Below are positions 53,335 to 57,256 of a stretch of 57,256 nt of DNA, one piece after another. Both the position numbers and the translations under genes were made by a program. Below the pieces are notes generated by a model, which ran no database searches, was not told the DNA's origin, and saw only the letters and a program-made list of their open reading frames with translations. The DNA is from an uncultured Candidatus Bathyarchaeia archaeon (GTDB lineage Archaea; Thermoproteota; Bathyarchaeia; 40CM-2-53-6; RBG-13-38-9): the NCBI GenBank assembly GCA_964598945.1, contig CAZRDQ010000001.1:1-57256 (forward strand). The letters run 5' to 3'. Each line of letters starts with the position of its first letter. Position 1 is the stretch's first letter.

Positions 53335-53844
53335 CTAGTATATTGAGACCTTGGCGACCCCGGGCACTTTGAGTAGTTGTGGGATCAGATCTCCCGGCAG
53401 TTGTTTTTCAGCAATGAGTGTTAGTCTTGGTTCAGGGGACAATTCTGGATCATCAACAATTGCCTGCCTGATGCTTATCTTCTCCTCAGAGATCAGCGTT
53501 GAGGCTTTGGCAAGTATCCCAATCGAGTGTGGGTCGTCCGGGGTTATCTCAAGCACACCGAAACCCAGATGTTTCGCGATCTCTCGAAGCGAGAGGCCCG
53601 CAGATCTCATGTGCGCAAAGATCTTACTGAGTTCAGGGTTTGAGGACACTGTCTGGATGGTCTTGGTGACGGTTCTTCTGTCTACACCGGCTGCTTCAGC
53701 TATTCTGACTGTTGGGATCTCTATCTGGTTGCAGTAGATCCTGCCATTTCTAATTGAGAGGCCGGTTTCGACGAGAAGCCGGGCCACCGCGAGCCTTTCT
53801 GGGTGTCCCTCTAGGTGTTTTGCTATGTTATTCCACATATACAT
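53335..53844 (-). CDS. COG2150-type regulator of amino-acid metabolism (HTH + ACT-like domain)
   Basis: LAVARLLVETGLSI, IAEAAGVDRRTVTKTI and ISIRQAIVDDPEL..RLTLI.. match the pattern. It is divergent from trpB2. Confidence 0.65.
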   Translation of the reverse strand: MYMWNNIAKHLEGHPERLAVARLLVETGLSIRNGRIYCNQIEIPTVRIAEAAGVDRRTVTKTIQTVSSNPELSKIFAHMRSAGLSLREIAKHLGFGVLEITPDDPHSIGILAKASTLISEEKISIRQAIVDDPELSPEPRLTLIAEKQLPGDLIPQLLKVPGVAKVSIY

Positions 53845-53927
53845 CTATGTATAATTGTGTACACGAAAGATTAAAATATTTCCTACAGGTCCACGAAAGG
53901 ACAAAACAAACACAGGAGTGATAGAGA

Positions 53928-55313
53928 ATGGCAAAGAACACAATAAAGGTTAACTTACACACAGAGGAGATACCGACCAAATGGTACAACATCCTACCAC
54001 ACTTGCCACCGGGGTATCCTCCACCGCTTCATCCAAAGACCTTCAATCCCCCTCCCTCACCTGACCTGATGCAACTAATGAGCAGACTATTTCCGAAAGA
54101 GTGTTTGATGCAAGCGGCCTCGTCTGAGCCGGAGATAGAGATCCCAGATGAGGTGCTGCAAACATATGTAAGCGTCGGAAGACCAACTCCTTTGCAGCGA
54201 GCAACGCGACTTGAGAAGAAGCTCGGGACACCAGCGAAGATCTACTTCAAGAGGGAAGATGTTAATCCTGTCGGAAGTCACAAGCCAAACACTGCCATAG
54301 CCCAAGCATATTACAACATGAAAGAGGGCGTAGAAAGACTAACTACTGAGACAGGCGCCGGACAGTGGGGTTCGGCATTGGCCTTGGCCTGTTGCCTCTT
54401 CAACATGGATTGCACTGTATATATGACGCGAAGTAGCTACCTCACAAAACCAGGTCGTAAGACAGTAATGGAAGCCTTTGGAGCCGAAGTATTTCCCTCA
54501 CCAAGTGACAGAACTGATGCTGGAAAGAAGTTCCTGAAGCAAGACCCGAACCACCCCGGAAGCTTGGGAATAGCCATCAGCGAAGCCGCCGAAGACTGTT
54601 TCAAGCATGAAAACACAAAATACTCTCTAGGAAGCGTCTTGGACTTCGTGCTCCTACACCAGAGCATAGTCGGGCTAGAGGCCAAGCGACAGATGGAACT
54701 CCTTGATCAATATCCAGACATCGTTGTAGGCTGCATCGGAGGCGGAAGTAACTACGGAGGGTTCAGCTACCCGTTCCTACAAGACAAATTGAAAGGCAAG
54801 AGGAAGGATACAAGATACATAGCAGCTGAACCTACGGCCGTACCTTCCACAACTAAAGGCATCTATGAGTATGACAATGGCGATACAGCTGAGATAGTTC
54901 CAGTTGTGAAGATGTACACAGTTGGCCACACCTACCAATGCCCCCCAATACATGCAGCAGGTCTAAGATACCATGGCAAGGCGCCCAGCATGTCATATCT
55001 AATACACAAAGGCCTGATGGAGAGCCGCGCCTATGGTCAACGAGAGGCGATAGAAGCGGCAGATCTGTTTGCCAAGACTGAGGGCTTCATAGCTGCTCCG
55101 GAAACTGCACATGCCATCAAGGCGACCATAGACCTTGCTCTTGAGTGCAAGAAGACAGGCGAGGAAAAGACGATAATCTTCAACTACAGTGGCCACGGTT
55201 TACTGGATCTGCGAGTGTACGAGGAGTACCGTTCAAGCACACTGAAGGACTTCGAGGCTTCCAAGGAGATGCTGGAGGCTGGGCTCAGGGCACTGCCCAA
55301 GATCCCTGCCTAA
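53928..55313 (+). CDS. trpB: TrpB2-type tryptophan synthase beta-like PLP enzyme
   Basis: 461 aa with NPVGSHKPNTAIAQAYY (PLP Lys), ETGAGQWGSALALAC, GGGSNYGG and a long N-terminal extension typical of TrpB2. Confidence 0.85.
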   Translation: MAKNTIKVNLHTEEIPTKWYNILPHLPPGYPPPLHPKTFNPPPSPDLMQLMSRLFPKECLMQAASSEPEIEIPDEVLQTYVSVGRPTPLQRATRLEKKLGTPAKIYFKREDVNPVGSHKPNTAIAQAYYNMKEGVERLTTETGAGQWGSALALACCLFNMDCTVYMTRSSYLTKPGRKTVMEAFGAEVFPSPSDRTDAGKKFLKQDPNHPGSLGIAISEAAEDCFKHENTKYSLGSVLDFVLLHQSIVGLEAKRQMELLDQYPDIVVGCIGGGSNYGGFSYPFLQDKLKGKRKDTRYIAAEPTAVPSTTKGIYEYDNGDTAEIVPVVKMYTVGHTYQCPPIHAAGLRYHGKAPSMSYLIHKGLMESRAYGQREAIEAADLFAKTEGFIAAPETAHAIKATIDLALECKKTGEEKTIIFNYSGHGLLDLRVYEEYRSSTLKDFEASKEMLEAGLRALPKIPA

Positions 55314-55408
55314 CCCCCCTTCTTTTCTATGATTATCTTGAGTTTTCACAACAATTTCTTTACTAACGAGACTTAAAGTACCCCTCTTGTCCCTCTCTAT
55401 GAGGGCCC

Positions 55409-56056
55409 TTGCTAGAGGACATTCTCCGGGAATGTGATGGAGAAGAGAAGAGGCCATTCCTTTCCCGCCTGAAGGCAGGACTACTTAGGTCCAAGCCTAT
55501 CAGAAAGAGAATTATTCTCTGTATATATCGGCTGAGAGTTCAAAAGGGCAAACTCGAGCTACTCATCCTGAAGATCCGAAAACGGGATAGAGAATTGCTC
55601 GGCCGATGCGTCGATGCTCAAGTGACAAGAGACGGAGGCAGGGCGACGATGTATGCTGAAGCTTGTCATGAGGTCAGGACGATCTTTAAGATCGTCTTCC
55701 ACTGTAAGCTTGCGTTGGAACAGGTGATCCTTAGGCTTGAGACTGTTGAGATATTCACAGACCTCGCCGCGTCGATCATTATCCCGGTGAGCTTGGTCAG
55801 GGAGGTGAAGGGTAAGCTCTCTGGAATCTTGCCATTAATGGCCGATCACCTGGGCGATATAGCTTCTGAACTTGAAGGCATGATCCAGGCGGCAGGACGA
55901 GTAGAGTCCACTCCAGTCGGGGTGTCAAGCATTACGGAGGAAGCTAAAGTAATACTTGAGGAAGCAAGAGTAATGGTCGAGGCGAAAGTCAAGGAGGTCT
56001 TTCCAGATCTTGAGTCAGCGGCATATTCACCTAACCGAGAACCTGAGCCAGCCTAA
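55409..56056 (+). CDS. ESCRT-III / Snf7-family (CdvB-like) protein
   Basis: All-helical. IYRLRVQKGKLELLILKIRKRDRELLGRCVDAQ..DGGRATMYAEACHEVRTIFK...LEQVILRLETV and an acidic C-tail match the helical-hairpin pattern of archaeal ESCRT-III. TTG start. Confidence 0.5.
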   Translation: MLEDILRECDGEEKRPFLSRLKAGLLRSKPIRKRIILCIYRLRVQKGKLELLILKIRKRDRELLGRCVDAQVTRDGGRATMYAEACHEVRTIFKIVFHCKLALEQVILRLETVEIFTDLAASIIIPVSLVREVKGKLSGILPLMADHLGDIASELEGMIQAAGRVESTPVGVSSITEEAKVILEEARVMVEAKVKEVFPDLESAAYSPNREPEPA

Positions 56057-56089
56057 AAGTGCTTAACAAAGATCTACCGAAGTGAATGA

Positions 56090-57139
56090 TCAAGTCTTAG
56101 GTAGCTCAATAGCGGTCAGGTTCAGTACTATCTCAGCAATATCACTCCCGTATTCTCCCACCCGTCTCAGGCTCTCTAGTATAAGCCGCAGAGCCGTCAT
56201 CTGGGCAGGCTCGATCTTCTGCTTGGCGATATCGGTGATTATCTCGCGTTCTGAGGCCTCAATTTGACTCATTCGCTTGAGGACATCCTCTGCTGCTGCA
56301 TAGTTACGCTTGTATAGTGAGAGCATTGCATCCTCAAAGATCTTGGCGGCTGACTCGCTTATCTTGCTGATTCTTTCGAGCAGCCTCTGTGATACTGGTT
56401 GCTTCATCAACGGGACGTTCTCCGCAATCTTGGCAGCGTGGTCTGCGGCTCTCTCGACGCTCTTGGCAACGAGTCTGTACCCTATGATGTCTCTACCTGA
56501 GCTCAATCCGACCTGAGGAATGATTGATCTGTCTTGTGCGGCTGTCTTCAGCTGTCGCACAATGTAGAAGCCGAACCTGTCGACCTCGTCATCCATCTTC
56601 AATACCTCCTCAGCCAGAGTAGTATCCTTCTGTATGAGAGCCGAAGTAGCGTCTCTGAGCATAGCTAGTGTAATCATGACTATTCTTCTCAGCGCGTTTT
56701 CGACTGAGAGTTCTGGGTAGCTTATGAGCACTTGAAGCGCTATCTCGCTCGGCGATTCTGTTACAACCTCGGTTCCGACCAGTTTCTTTCTGACGAACTC
56801 TCTTACGTAGTCGGATTGGGTGGACCCGAATCTTGCCTCAGTTGTTCTTAGTCTGATGAAGTTGAAGCCCGTAAGGTAGAGAGCTATTATCTTCCGCGCG
56901 AGAGATTCAAGATCCGGGTTTGGTGAAACAACTATTGCTGTTTCTGGAGGTTTCGCCTTCCTTATGGCTGTCCGTGGGGTTATCCGCAGCGAACCGTCGT
57001 CTTCTGCCGAGAAGACTATCTGCTCGCCACGGTCAAGGTTCTTGTCTTTCACCCATCTCTTGGGGAGCGAGACTATGTATGAGCCTCTACCTGTAACCTG
57101 GATTCGCCTTACTTCACCAGGCTTCTCATCAGTCTTCAT
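56090..57139 (-). CDS. PhoU-family phosphate-uptake regulator with an N-terminal AbrB/SpoVT-type domain
   Basis: RRIQVTGRGSYIVSLPKRWV is the swapped-hairpin DNA-binding domain. Two PhoU repeats follow (DDEVDRFGFYIVRQL and AKSVERAADHAAKIAE / LRRVGEYGSDIAE). Confidence 0.8.
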   Translation of the reverse strand: MKTDEKPGEVRRIQVTGRGSYIVSLPKRWVKDKNLDRGEQIVFSAEDDGSLRITPRTAIRKAKPPETAIVVSPNPDLESLARKIIALYLTGFNFIRLRTTEARFGSTQSDYVREFVRKKLVGTEVVTESPSEIALQVLISYPELSVENALRRIVMITLAMLRDATSALIQKDTTLAEEVLKMDDEVDRFGFYIVRQLKTAAQDRSIIPQVGLSSGRDIIGYRLVAKSVERAADHAAKIAENVPLMKQPVSQRLLERISKISESAAKIFEDAMLSLYKRNYAAAEDVLKRMSQIEASEREIITDIAKQKIEPAQMTALRLILESLRRVGEYGSDIAEIVLNLTAIELPKT

Positions 57140-57256
57140 GGCTCGCCACCCAAGCCTCTAGGCCCTGGAGTCCCTGATGCATATAGACTTAGCATACATG
57201 CCAGTGATGACATAATTTTCATACTATATCGGTGTGATGTATATAGTTATTCTAAT

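Noticed and set aside
1-57256. Search for CRISPR arrays, rRNA genes, transposase/IS elements, integrases, toxin-antitoxin pairs and recognisable defence genes.
   Set aside because: I saw no regularly spaced direct repeats. I recognised no transposase, integrase or defence-type domain in any frame. The only mobile elements I can support are the intein and the LAGLIDADG cassette at the topo VI locus.

Overview
Archaeal chromosomal segment of about 50% GC, with archaea-specific ribosomal proteins (S19e, L39e, L31e), aIF-1A/aIF-2beta, Nep1, RNase P Rpp21, Rio1/Dim2 and topoisomerase VI. A ribophorin-I-like protein and an ESCRT-III-like protein hint at an Asgard/TACK-type lineage, but I cannot verify that here. 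Coding density is high and there are no rRNA genes, tRNA genes or CRISPR arrays. From left to right the window holds: (i) the conserved nep1-rnp4-yhbY / S19e-PDCD5-L39e-L31e cluster. (ii) An acyl-CoA island with two tandem GctAB-like CoA-transferase pairs, an ADP-forming acyl-CoA synthetase alpha subunit and two tandem cyclase/formamidase paralogs. (iii) A tightly packed 8-gene minus-strand operon (ArsR, thioredoxin-like, ArsP-like permease, DGC protein, TlpA-like, CcdA, surface protein, MtrA-like corrinoid protein), divergent from a TolB-like surface protein that carries a CXXCH motif. (iv) A decayed family of small Ig-like ORFs. (v) A Tat-signal-bearing PaoABC-like molybdo-flavo-FeS oxidoreductase. 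(vi) Acetate kinase. (vii) The aIF1A-rio1-dim2-top6B-top6A block. Here top6A carries a 513-aa LAGLIDADG intein, and the 5' end of top6B is interrupted by a free-standing LAGLIDADG endonuclease ORF flanked by an 18-bp direct repeat, with a duplicated Top6B N-terminus and a homopolymer frameshift. (viii) Housekeeping genes (IscU, PadR, aIF2beta, MetRS), a multiply disrupted radical-SAM methylthiotransferase pseudogene and a MoaD-like gene that reads past its Gly-Gly terminus. (ix) A DapA-family aldolase fused to a formaldehyde-activating enzyme domain, the methanogen-type homocysteine synthesis trio, TrpB2 and PhoU. All functional calls rest on motifs I recognised in the ORF-track translations and in stretches I translated myself. 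No database search was run.
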